A stretch of DNA of 63,986 bases, the filler included, from an uncultured bacterium (GTDB lineage: Bacteria; Auribacterota; CAZIXI01): the NCBI GenBank assembly GCA_964543115.1. It is 4 parts of 4 records of this genome, joined end to end, with 100 filler letters (N's around TTAATTAATTAA, not from the genome) between each part and the next. Parts side by side here need not be neighbours in the genome. Positions count along the whole stretch, not along the records: positions 1 to 17,488 come from CAZIXI010000048.1; positions 17,589 to 34,961 come from CAZIXI010000049.1; 2 more parts are not named here. One strand, given 5' to 3'. A program made the position numbers and the translations under genes. This document shows positions 12,001 to 19,320 of this stretch, piece after piece. Each line of letters starts with the position of its first letter. Positions within the stretch are counted from its first letter, which is position 1. Under the pieces are notes generated by a model. It was not told the origin of the DNA, did no database searches, and saw only the letters and a program-made list of their open reading frames with translations.

Positions 12001-12729
12001 CCCGGAAAGGACCGCCCGCAGCATCTCTACACTCATCTCAGCCACAGGAATATCACGAATAATCCCCACAGCGGCAAATTCTGGATCATACTGCCAGTCA
12101 CTTAATACCTCTCGTTCCACAATCATCGCCTCGTGGCGCAGTTCATGATAGATGTATGTTTGTAAATATATACTAAGCGCTAATAGATTGTCCTGCAGTT
12201 TTCTCTGCCTGTAAACATTAGTCTCCGTACCCAGTTCATTTTCATTTTGTTTAATTAACTCTAACAAGTGACGGTTAATCCCCACAACACCGCTTTCCTG
12301 GCAGCGCTGGGATTTGTCTATGATGGTGAACAGCACTCCCTCGCCGGCAAACATTTCTAACCCGGCAATAAGGTCCTCCCGCATTTCCCGCCATTCGGTG
12401 TTCCAGCCAGCATCTTCCTCCAGATCAGTCAAGCCATGATACATGTGTAAAATTTCCCGGCTTACTATTTCATCCAGTCCCTGATCCCTTCTTTTCGCAC
12501 CAGCCCAGAGACACAGCGGCACCTGACAATAATCCTGCATCTCCTCAACTAACCTTGCCTCCCGCGGCATATGCCCGCGGGAGATAGCGCCAAGCACCTC
12601 TCTCACCGCCTCCCCGTTCAACAACCAACTCTCCGGCGAAAGCATCTTCCTCTCCACCGCAAACAATGAATTATTCGCAATAAAGGTGATGATTAATATG
12701 TAAGTAAGGATTTTATTTATTTTGCTCAT
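1..12729 (-). CDS. Giant exported multidomain protein, >=4243 aa, 3'-truncated by the window edge. Order: signal peptide, HExxH module, SAM-methyltransferase-like, membrane M50-like module, RelA/SpoT synthetase, HExxH module, GlnD-type HD, SpoT-type HD
   Basis: Manual translation of the minus frame from ATG at 12729 (MSKINKILTYILIITFIANNSLFAVERKMLSPESW) to position 1 found no stop codon. Missing from the ORF track because it has no stop inside the window. Motifs: NYIKNPKPNGYQSLH/EVQIRT, FLHDFGK, LLHDVPED/IKIADRMHNLRTL. Confidence 0.93.
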   Translation of the reverse strand, partial: MSKINKILTYILIITFIANNSLFAVERKMLSPESWLLNGEAVREVLGAISRGHMPREARLVEEMQDYCQVPLCLWAGAKRRDQGLDEIVSREILHMYHGLTDLEEDAGWNTEWREMREDLIAGLEMFAGEGVLFTIIDKSQRCQESGVVGINRHLLELIKQNENELGTETNVYRQRKLQDNLLALSIYLQTYIYHELRHEAMIVEREVLSDWQYDPEFAAVGIIRDIPVAEMSVEMLRAVLSGVLAGDRRADFQAEVERRQNGVDARFSALLCCRFGGSENNKLYENYLTILEELKIIQPDCAYAEAVALAGYALELPADRAWLPRLEQLQIIQENLAEADAQPLLGLIQALPGVRVLGHLFYNEFIQEDFDSGGIGERRAKNVFRWYKSRRNRDRYVVKKHKLRFRDRISYILYHLGLTAWVRVPEWVEKRGAQKKHDRELAKKYILRLIELLKQYRGETDQTLSRGELIVFRRRSVPLTDEEAVMELLRRWRELDSGNYGNAVLRGSLGFKTSGLINTVCSGDEARFFELVNDACMERALNGDRRFDKINVPKLVSRQRIKEQIIPRMALLSKFQRHLALQLNRQKAAREAFNSLCRKYKEYSGGQAPSFTKNEERGFMSLYRTLHQKLVDSLEIDKTVLKEDDLVEVLLWCCYFAENIVPAYKRLDFRRPFPCNDAELLVLSDLLQLFRQHHISLHKQEFLDPVKTLLQQVVLIYREKLVPAIDYLKIAGKKYGEYRDRFDRKPLDSLKITWGWGFGRWLGNTFRDKFGKEFTGEVRVLEVDSRLSMLHESFKVETGEEAEFPWQVDDHIVDSRGEYFGSNGRRVRGKIHTANLRDITNGRIIREEKEGEGVYELIVSCNDVKREKDLFSWFTGIYRLLRFGGCCVVALPAGNILPESAAQILSKMGFKVVLQKRVLTREQNPNAKTKQFSVIVLQKRGMIDLTLTEDEKDALTFVYEGGTGKRQLTAEPENLDLLPEEELIAAVDGRDGKLSMNEEGEEAARLLAEKLANGLRHSDQLKQQAEKVNEIPELKEYIEELLAAEISPPNILADYVKGDLQKRVEAARAYPDIFNEEVVGGLYDLVAELEELTVFITPKREEEFRVKLAEIKEKENLVPRLGRELRKRYEQVKDFTKTDLNKRNLAEVTAVNEALDKIVREMAAIWQAEERRQRLIVKHGEEFVRLKKLIRKYQTVGNLTAQSDRRSIRQILAAKKQHLTAEMWLLTNRINERLAARLSAGKSVFNGLAEFDEAIARLLEWREIEFLFPYVDTQFLSLAEKQWKRKDSRERNIITAGSVFAKRDRSGLERLLACLLVVDDWLALKSCGVDWSKEMAALVAGRPESEYLDILDEKLLNSRFLKSQSLTAEVLTIKPGMTVSEIKDTLIAASERMAEGEELVVSLAEGRRADDNFTAFLARLGLELKGTYDAKLELLWEQGDLDRAEFEELNRFISRKRRFFVVRKEAEADKPEQYRLVLAEEQVENDDYAYRVNNRKRVLNDLSNEGLQLYCVEIMPPKDPGPKKIALVGGAKRKKKKKATKIKPQVAITYEGIWQGQEEAVRDLAHLLQDFIDEVGDHTQEAIDMRQILKAEGFNAVVSHPVLTELYIESPDEFKQKITELLFYALYIKQLYSTYREFCKAVWSFFPYTSYFPNYLVSLDGKKRILPIINTSALPKTGEVLNWARTETLLGYDRSPFGEYTMEGICDEVAGLLLDQRRLFVIGDEAAVMPFKKGSKAYTQGNTVVSEGKKIREPGDEEVIMAELWLHFLADSPAGGLREIVDVFPDIRATAGHQAFMDSTDQAAKKKSAVSADESDHIFNRSTRIMTCLARINKNKHVEIQYLRDFEGYSRAICMLELPRAERMKMMQMLMDKYLPVLEGKVEGEGYRELKEKVDSVILAVCPGEKIPPRDSVYKRDGTAVGKAKARHFRQLSVAERQELAGGRDLYYHYLYGDGKKRLIARHKRDVFRQESSEDVIMAEELIDLVLLYKNKKLYYLSEDERNAIKVLVEELLLKVGDRDAVQDVQGRVECYLTTRNTVNRYLYFSLLLSRIVIKDKEEEDILAVSKEVADFIGDKEPKVRAQLYDRRGLNLIVLLIEYYRLQQLLAEEADSELLLEAGLRAGHLGREIINRDYGDEIAVVLGLQGIPEHKSLLPEMQREIMPIRRMLERRIGRMVGNNNIDDTQAADEALTICRQLVTLIIYHPDQIEDALRIAARGMYYLNTERAKIFVRVLTEMLKKCSADLPAGYTVDGIRRELDVLSRNVDTESLRGDYTQSEAETAVFRSLMPDNPEHDQLLEQIKNNQSFRYFLLHRLLSREVNNPLLEGRLAQLLSLTVGCIDNPQELALIIGPFDQYINDGDKSSLAYRRITKYIYPALIGRLEDFCRGDQEEALRALLTEGIYRYFFISNLVSAALGQSPLFREYLADLLLAEEKQSFDYVYAYVHNFIIVPRRNSAAWAEGEGVHHLFSYLLGKYSADKIKENHNRFYAVFKLLAEAPVLLPGFTLDEHWPEIFNISGLSSADLKGIRYVFHQTAAEIQAVSKRTRAKDLASSRERLEYQDDDQGHASIVQDNIRRQLGYEDSDGKDVFEREIARREEEEKGEVPFLPADLVFAVGVGAVVAFLVQQIFFPNISLLLVFSTEIIIKLCWLVFAFLSPWFFHEVVGHYLFGKIRNNILQKYEDYPKVDFKFHWLWTEVKARGKISAAAELQLTELRKTVARLGPRLNSFTASGALAILTVLVFYGIHSPFSIITLSYIIAANAAALISWLPLTDSALTSWRFWLNKGRRQSDGGIIRGLKAPQKRPLALEIQDEIIRVLRKEREKHPLPKIGEEELFRAVQRRLLLRHLFFWGKGKRKLFKKVLQQLKRAEKVIKLHYPEDVYVLVRDKERDLIAEGLILPLNIDINGKTRQGITCYFSAALKEELIKKEEIIEIISCSPLRKRRDGDVLNRIIKVYLSKENYARRTNIEHLTVKTAEEEKDSTKTFHVYDKLMQVLGFKRSKANFKRVLEWCVQNERLPEFYDILNAMVICDRLPRQLIKGKKTHRARRLLLWSLLPRDLQPQGLPEEVARRVKRLRVLKEMRLDVSNADKYHDYYQFFSELMEPDEPEADQVLAILVFCYRLAQTLNPTIEVPAGADDEGYYLYEEIVRIFRPLFKQHFGVELSSKLIDSLYESVYPKRYKMAAKSRNVQLKRLKEDLAGQLGCAQTTTALAESLKQLILAELPNRIKNKIEIVITGREKGVWSSDDKLKRSVAANHPNIKRIEDIHDLLAFRVIIADREDAQYPLTERKKSDLCEEIANIVADNRLFFFLADPLKSKNYIKNPKPNGYQSLHAVYALADGGQEFEVQIRTAMMHEVAETGSASYAAYQADKGPTITAEEEFAGLRLKDASKQTVYDNSGVKVGQYWPQAKVELSVDQELAEEIAACWGDLLVILAEAYTAIPAAGRGGLNNMLAIGLVAESPTLFVDCRRNGFVGINRQFLEIIRRDKSPGKLVARILLIVGLHHELAHECGCKDEEWLTEEGLSLFKRLAGGNQAVLIAAIELLAGVVTEDSEFLLALKREAFGYMLSSKDNLQLYIDNGWIAVLVPEWRDWVALFDNEAFRQKHHVSPQDHILLIFTRLEEEYFDKIIAKKIVTEEDRQRLCRVLFLHDFGKILALQEDPEYGALAYVEHPEKSAEIAGPILQRLGSSQEEIAADLVLIKYHSVLADLARYGETEISLVEFINDLTDVRDLELLEVVQLVDAASVRHMFANSLSEGLEKRVEEIVALIKPILWKSGPRRAEAEHKLVSYLDEIERQNWEIEKGWNQLKQAINKHDVKIDEKILFEAFQAMHRSHLGVIRKDGETPYTLHCIETTRILIEELKVTDPQWIIASLLHDVPEDSRTNIGAIREAFGREVADIVYILQKPLVDYFASVAQRDKAYIEKVIFGTDTINDRQILAAAQTIKIADRMHNLRTLDIGDDSFVKRKVKETLTILTEYFIKETELPSTVLNVIIDELILTARHWRALTEEEIRSLQSLAPKGGQIGFFSYVLSEITRNNPRVVAFYNKHHPLEPLEDVVSELQRHYLPGEILFVEFPVNYRPLGYALNSYDYLLETAKAMAAGTFTLNGNSAETNRQFGRALLRLIELFRKEKDDICRLHEEGIKEGSGKARDYVKAHLHRIRTEFFAASEIDYVTFRDMLQMLASQNPAFRNEEELFVSRLAEKCPDLHFISLHGAFVDLNRRRDDKRPYNDIHGT

Positions 12730-12740
12730 ATATTTTTTAG

Positions 12741-12770
12741 CCACGAATTCTCACGAATTAACACGAATTT
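12741..12770. repeat. Three tandem 10-bp units nCACGAATTn in the spacer between two giant genes
   Basis: CCACGAATTC TCACGAATTA ACACGAATTT read directly. Confidence 0.85.
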
Positions 12771-12771
12771 A

Positions 12772-15700
12772 TTATGCTGATTTGGCGATTTCAGTTAGGG
12801 CAATACGGATAAACGAAATTTCTTCTGTTAGCGGCCTGATACGCTGATTGAGCCGCCAGGGGCTGGTGAGCCAACTGAGGATTTCCTCATCAGCAATTTC
12901 TTCTCCAAGAATACTCTCATAATAGCCTTTCATAAAATCAAACACCGGTGTTTCCCGCAAATCCGCCGGCTTATTTAGTGTGAGCCAGGCCGCCAGAAAG
13001 AAACTCTGTTCACAATAAACTAGCGGCAAATACCACTGATAACCTTCCTGCCCCCAGATATCATAATCCGCATCTGACGGATCAAGTAAAACAACCACAT
13101 CTTCCCGCCGCACATCAGCAGGAAGCTGCTCTTCAGTAACAAACCGCACACCCCAGGCATCAGCTACCTTGGCAATTGTTTCTCCGTATTGATTTGCGCG
13201 ATGCTGGTCAATCAGTACATATGTTTCTTTCTTCACATCTGCTTCTTCCGCCGGCGGCTGCGGTAAAGTGAATTTTTCCATCTGCCGCACGGTTTTTTCC
13301 ACTCTATTTCTCACTGCTCTCTTCACATCATCTCTGGCCCATTGGAATCTGATTCCCCGGGGACTGCTGCTAACCTCCAGCTGTACCCTGGCAAAGAATG
13401 GTAAAGCTTGGTAGATTTCATAGGCCAATACCTTGGCAATCTTTTCCGCATAGGCATGAGTCTCGGACCCCAAAAGAACTATCAGCGGCTCCTCAAGGGC
13501 AAGAAAAACTTGCGCATAAACCTGCGGCGAAATGCCCTTGTTCCTGGCCACTCGGATTACCTCACTATAGCTTCTTGGTAGTCCCAGCCTCCTTGTTCGA
13601 CCGATTATTTCCGCTAATTGTTTTTTAGACAATGTCTCAAGTTGAAATTGTTTTTTTAGGGTAATCTTTATCTGTTTTGCTGTATCATAATCTTGACAAT
13701 CATAAGGCAGCTGCAGATCTTCATGAACTTCATCAAAAAATTCCTGATTAGAAACACCATTATGCAAAAGAGTGTTAATAACCTCATCTGCCTGCTCGCC
13801 GAATATCTCAATAAATCTCTGTTTATCTCTTTCCGCTAATTGTGCCTCAAAGGCACTGATATCAGCCTGAACAGATTCCGGACACAGTTCATGAATCAGT
13901 TCATGTTCCAACTGCCATTGGATAAAGGCATTGGCCAACTCTACCCCCAGAGCTTCCCTTAGCTGCCGGTAAATTCTGAAAGTAGCACTGTTCAGCCCAA
14001 TAAAGCCGTCCCGTTTACAGTTTTCCGCCAGGTGGGGAGAGCCAGTAAGCAGACTGATAATAAGCTCCGCGCTGAGATTTGCCCGGTCCGCTTCCGGCCA
14101 TTGTTCGGCCTCAGACAGTGCCGCCGTAATCAGCGCAACAATTTCTGTAAATTCCAATCCCATTTCTTCTCTTATATCGTTATCAATAATAATACCCGTA
14201 TTACCTGTTAGCATTTTGTTGGTTGAATATTTCCTTACATGTTCACTAATTGCCCCAACGCCTGTCTTGTCTCCTCTTTTCAGTTCCCGACTGTAAGATT
14301 CAGCCTTCGCGGTCAGGGGCACAGTTTCCATATGGAAAGGCTCATCCCCCATAGACTGCATTATCTCTGTGGGCAGCTGGGGAAAATTATCCCGCGCGTA
14401 ACGCAATACCCGCCCGCGAAATTCTTTCATGCGCTCCGCAGGCAATTCCGGGCTGAATTCACCGGTAACTAGATTACCTAAGTCACTGCGAGGAACAGCA
14501 GGTATCTGTGTATGCAGAATCGGGTGACCCTGATATTTTAATTTCAACAAACCGAGGGCCTCCAAGGCTACAGCCAGCAGGTTATCTTCACACTGCCTGA
14601 TAGTTACCCGATGCTGACTAGCAAACGCTCCCTCTTCATCAATGGTCTGCCCGGCCCGCGTATTCAGCATCCAGGCACTGATATTATCGGCATTCTCCTG
14701 TAAAAAACGATAAAAATCAGCCGCATAGCCTTGTGGATCACCATGCAGAAATGGTTTGCCAAAAAACTGGGAAAAAGCTGCTTTTCCCCAGCTTTGTGGA
14801 TCAATGCTGGAGGCCGGAGTCTCTACCGAAACGCCGGCAATCAACGCTAATACCGCCTGCTGCGGCGTCAGTTTCTGGAGGGGAACCGCATCCATTGCCG
14901 GGTTTTCCGCTCTGATCGCGTTATTTATTAACGGAGAAAGAAAAACAAACTGTAGTTTTGTGTCTTTGGCAAAACCCGGAGTGGATAGCGGTAAGGACAT
15001 TGGTGAATGGCGGTTTACCGCATCCCGCAAAATAGTTGCGCGCATATTTCTTGAGGGCATACCGCTCTGCACATTCACCGTTACCAATCCATCCGGTCCC
15101 ACTTCATAATCAACATTTTCCAGAAAGGCAAAATAATTGTTAAATGTTGCTTCATGAATCTGCTCATGTTCGCTTCTGGTAAGATCAGAAATAATGGCAA
15201 ATACGTTGGTTTCTGTGCCGATAACCTCACCCGCCTTAAAACTTTGATCCTCAACTTCAGTATCTGCGGTTACCAGATAAAGCATATCATCATTAATTAA
15301 TCCGGTTTGACTTGAAACAACCTCCCATTGTTCCATTCCTGGTTCATCAAAAAGCACACCGCCAAACTGCAGTGATTCCCCCAAGCGCACATTGCTGGTG
15401 GAATAGGTTGTCTTTCCGGATCCGGAAAGACCAAAAAATACCTGTACCAGGTTACGTTCTTCTCCGCTGTGTTTGTGTCTGATACATGTCTTACGCAAGC
15501 CAGCATGCAGTCCCAACCAGCCTTTTTTACGTGCCCGGTAATTACCCATGGTAAGAAAACCCTTCTTTATTTCACCGGCATAATCCATTCCCCAGCACAA
15601 ACCAATACCCTGCTCCAGAAACATATACTTTGCCGGTTTATCCGTCTCATATTCCGGGGCAAATACCAGGGTCAGCGCCTTGGCGCCTTTCTCTAACGGT

Positions 15701-17488
15701 TCCCGAAACTGCGAACGGAAGAAATAGGCAAAACGCGCGGCTCGGGGATCGGCCTTGGAGATATAAAGCCGGATAGGAAAAATACCGCCTAGGGTTCCCT
15801 CAATCATAATCAGGTCCTTGGTTTTAATATATTCCAGAAAATTCTTTATCCGCCCGTCGGCCTGACTAACCATGGCTTGTTGATAATCAGTATATTGCGC
15901 CGGGTCTTCAAATGTCTCTGCTTGCGGCAGATGCACTGTTTGTTCTTTGGCGCGGGATTTACGCGCGGAAGGAACCATAATTCCGCCATAGGCCTGTTGT
16001 GGTGTGAGCAGTACGCGTTCTTTAAGCTCCGCACCGTTATCCACAATGATTATCCGTCCTTCAGAAAGAATCTCCCGTACCTCATCTTCATGATCCTGAA
16101 TATAGGCAGCGGTTAAAAACTCACATTTGCCCTTATCAATATAATTAGCCTTAATTTCCGGCGTGCCGCCGATATCCAGTTGATTGGTTAGAATAACCAG
16201 CTGTCCCTGCCGCACCTTAGTAATAAAACATTCACTCATTAATTGCCGGCAATACGGCCGTGCCCGCTCCTTTAAGGCTGCCAGCTTCGTATCTGTCAAA
16301 TTTTCACACTGCGGTGAAAAATCATCCAGATTGGCAAAAGCCAAGGTAGCGGTATGAATTAACATCCCTTCTTCATCCACATAATCATGACGGTCTCCCA
16401 ATTGACGCAATACGCCAGAATCTTGCGAGTCCTCTTCTTCCTCCATAACATTAATTCCCGGCAGATGAAAAAGACCGTATTCACGATTAACAGTATAATC
16501 ATGATTAAGGATCAGTCCAGCATAGCCGGTATTCATTTCTTTGGGTATGCTTGCCCCGCAAATCTCCAACAAGGCACCATAACTATCTATTCCCAGACAA
16601 AAAGCCATGCCCTGCTGTGGAAAAATATAATTGCCAGCTTCATTGGTTAGTTCCGGCGCAAAAAATACGGTAAAGCTAGGTTTACTCGTATCCACATGCT
16701 GCCAGCTGAATTGCTGACGGAACAGATAGGCATAGATTTCCGCTTTTGGATCTGAACGTGAAATATAAACCGTCACCTGCTGTCCCGGCGCCAGGCAGCC
16801 TTCCAGTCTGATTAGGTCCTTATTACTTAAATAATCTACGGTATCTTTCAATGTAGAGGCTGCCGCTTGCTGTGACTGCCCGCCAAACAGATCAGTTGCT
16901 TTATCCGGCAAGCGAAACTCTTCTTCATACTCTTCATCTTTGTCTTGGGTGGTAACAAACAAAGGACCATACGCCTTTTCTTTGGATAGAAAGACAGTTT
17001 CCTGATCACTTAATTGCCGGGGACGGTCTGAAATCTCGATGATTCTGCCGGCAGCCAGCAGCTTGCCCGCCTCTTCCGGATTATCCTGTACCTCCTGGGC
17101 CGATCTGTCCACTTCTTCACGTTGACCATACAGTCTTCTGGCCTCAGCTTCACCTATACTCTCATCATAAATAACAATTCGTTTTCCCTCATGAAAGGCA
17201 TCCATAAATTCAGCACTCATTGCCTGCTTGCAAAATTTACTTATTCGGCGGCGAAATTCCTCTGGGCTGCCTTCCTGGTAAGGCTGAGCAACAAATAGAG
17301 CGAAATTGTCCAGAATATCCACCAAATCAGGATTTAGCTGTTTGCCTTTAGCAGCAAAAAACCTCAATCTTTTACTCTGAATTAGTCTCTTCGCGACAAT
17401 CAACTTACTTAAACCCTCAACATATTGACCCTCGGCAAGATTATTCAGCGCGCGCAAATATTCATCTATTTCCCCTTCAGTTAATAAT
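12772..17488 (-). CDS. C-terminal >=1570 aa of a large protein with a PEP carboxykinase (ATP)-like domain, an HExxH module and the family C-terminal motif; 5'-truncated at the contig end
   Basis: Track ORF of 1561 aa; the frame stays open upstream of the TTG at 17457 up to the gap. PEPCK motifs EIKKGFLT, GLHAG, VFFGLSGSGKTT, LINDD, ENV, RAT. Confidence 0.85.
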
Positions 17489-17588
17489 NNNNNNNNNNNN
17501 NNNNNNNNNNNNNNNNNNNNNNNNNNNNNNNNTTAATTAATTAANNNNNNNNNNNNNNNNNNNNNNNNNNNNNNNNNNNNNNNNNNNN
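17489..17588. other. Artificial contig linker
   Basis: N44-TTAATTAATTAA-N44, 100 nt, stops in all six frames; identical to the two other linkers. Confidence 0.97.
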
Positions 17589-17589
17589 C

Positions 17590-19254
17590 AAGCAGGAACA
17601 GGACGAAGGATTAGCGCAAAAGGCGCTGGCTATTCTGGCGCCTTATCCGGCTGGGGAAAAAAAGTCAGCCAGCCCTTCTTTAACCGATGACCAGATCCAT
17701 CATCGTTTGCAGGAGATTATTTCATTGGGGCAGCAGAGAGATGAGTTCCATAAACATATCCAGGAAATAGAACGTAAAATGGCCTGGTACGGTCCCTGGC
17801 GGAAATTTTTGCCGGGTGATCTCTGGGAGCTGGAGAAACACAAGGTCTATCTTAGTCTTTACAGATTGAATAAACACCAGTGGCAAACTCTTACCGGGAA
17901 GAAAAATGTCTATTTGATCAATAAAGAAGGAGGATATTACTATATCGCGGTTCTGGACTATCAGCAGGAGGTCGCATTACCTTTTGAGAAAATGAAAGTG
18001 CCGCCGGAAGATTATACACTGCTGACGGAAAAATTAGCGACTTATCAGAAAGAGCTGGCGGCGGCGGAAAAGATCCTCGGGGAACTAGCCAAGGAAAAAC
18101 AACAATTGGATTCTTTTATCCGGCAGCTAGTGAAGCGGCGCAAGTTTTGGGAAGTTTTTTACGGAATGAATGATCAGGGAAAATTTGCTTTGCTGCAGGG
18201 TTACTGTCCTGTGCCGGAAGTAGAACGATTGGTCTCCTTTGTTAAGCAGCAGGGTTTTGGCTATTTAATAGAGCAGCCGGATAACCAGGAAGAAACGCCG
18301 ACTTATATTAAAAATCCGCGGTGGATCAGTATTGTTAATCCTGTTTTTCGTTTGATGAATACATTACCCGGTTATCAGGAATTTGATATCAGTCTGGTGT
18401 TTTTAGCCTTTTTCAGTGTGTTTTTTGCCATGTTGATTGGTGATGCCGGTTATGGATTTATATTTTTGGGGATTACTTGTCTGGCGAAACTCAAACTGAA
18501 AAAGATGCCCGGACAACTGGTGGCTCTCCTTTGTTTATTAAGTATAACGACGATTATCTGGGGAACGATTACCGGCACCTGGTTTGGCTGTGAGCAGATA
18601 GGTAAAATACCGTTTTTAAATCAGCTGGTGATCAGGGAAATTGATAGTTTTATCGATTCTAATCAGGATTTTATGATCTATTTCTGTTTTCTGATCGGTA
18701 TTATTCAACTCAGTATTGCCCACCTGATGCGCTTTTTCCGCTTAATTAATTCCCTGCGGGCGTTGTCCCAATTGGGCTGGCTGGGGATTATGTGGGGGCT
18801 ATTTTTCCTCGCCAGTGCCTTGATTGTAAACAAACCATTTCCCCCTTTTGCGGGTTATTTATTTGTCGGCGGCATTGTGCTGGCCCTGCTATTTACTAAT
18901 CCGCAAAAAAATATTTTTAAAGGGATTTTGAGCTCGCTGGCGGATCTGCCCTTAACGGTAATCAGTTCTTTTTCGGATATTGTTTCCTACCTGCGTTTAT
19001 TTGCCGTTGGTTACGCCTCGGTGACCATTGCCAGCAGTTTTAACGGTATGGCCGCCAGTGTTGGTTTCGGCCATATACTTAGCGGTTTTATTGCCGCGGC
19101 TATCCTGTTTATGGGTCACGCGCTTAATATTACCCTGGGTCTGATGGCGGTAATCGTTCATGGTATCCGGCTGAACATGCTGGAATTCGCCGGTCATCTG
19201 AATATGCAGTGGTCAGGGAAAAAATATCAACCGTTTACGGAATCAGAGAATTAA
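17590..19254 (+). CDS. atpI: V/A-type ATP synthase subunit I (a), 5'-partial
   Basis: LLQGYCP, ETPTYIKNP, FFAMLIGDAGYG, SDIVSYLRLFAVG, HGIRLNMLEF motifs and multiple TM helices. Frame is open back to the contig start. Confidence 0.95.
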   Translation, partial: KQEQDEGLAQKALAILAPYPAGEKKSASPSLTDDQIHHRLQEIISLGQQRDEFHKHIQEIERKMAWYGPWRKFLPGDLWELEKHKVYLSLYRLNKHQWQTLTGKKNVYLINKEGGYYYIAVLDYQQEVALPFEKMKVPPEDYTLLTEKLATYQKELAAAEKILGELAKEKQQLDSFIRQLVKRRKFWEVFYGMNDQGKFALLQGYCPVPEVERLVSFVKQQGFGYLIEQPDNQEETPTYIKNPRWISIVNPVFRLMNTLPGYQEFDISLVFLAFFSVFFAMLIGDAGYGFIFLGITCLAKLKLKKMPGQLVALLCLLSITTIIWGTITGTWFGCEQIGKIPFLNQLVIREIDSFIDSNQDFMIYFCFLIGIIQLSIAHLMRFFRLINSLRALSQLGWLGIMWGLFFLASALIVNKPFPPFAGYLFVGGIVLALLFTNPQKNIFKGILSSLADLPLTVISSFSDIVSYLRLFAVGYASVTIASSFNGMAASVGFGHILSGFIAAAILFMGHALNITLGLMAVIVHGIRLNMLEFAGHLNMQWSGKKYQPFTESEN

Positions 19255-19320
19255 GCAGGCAGATAGACTTAATTAGCGCTGTTCACAACCTTACACCCAC
19301 CTTACTCTCTTAGAGCAAAA

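Noticed and set aside
17489..17588. TTAATTAATTAA palindrome within N runs (also at 34962-35061 and 52119-52218)
   Set aside because: Identical 100-nt synthetic spacers with six-frame stops. They are assembly concatenation artefacts, so cross-linker gene neighbourhoods were not interpreted.
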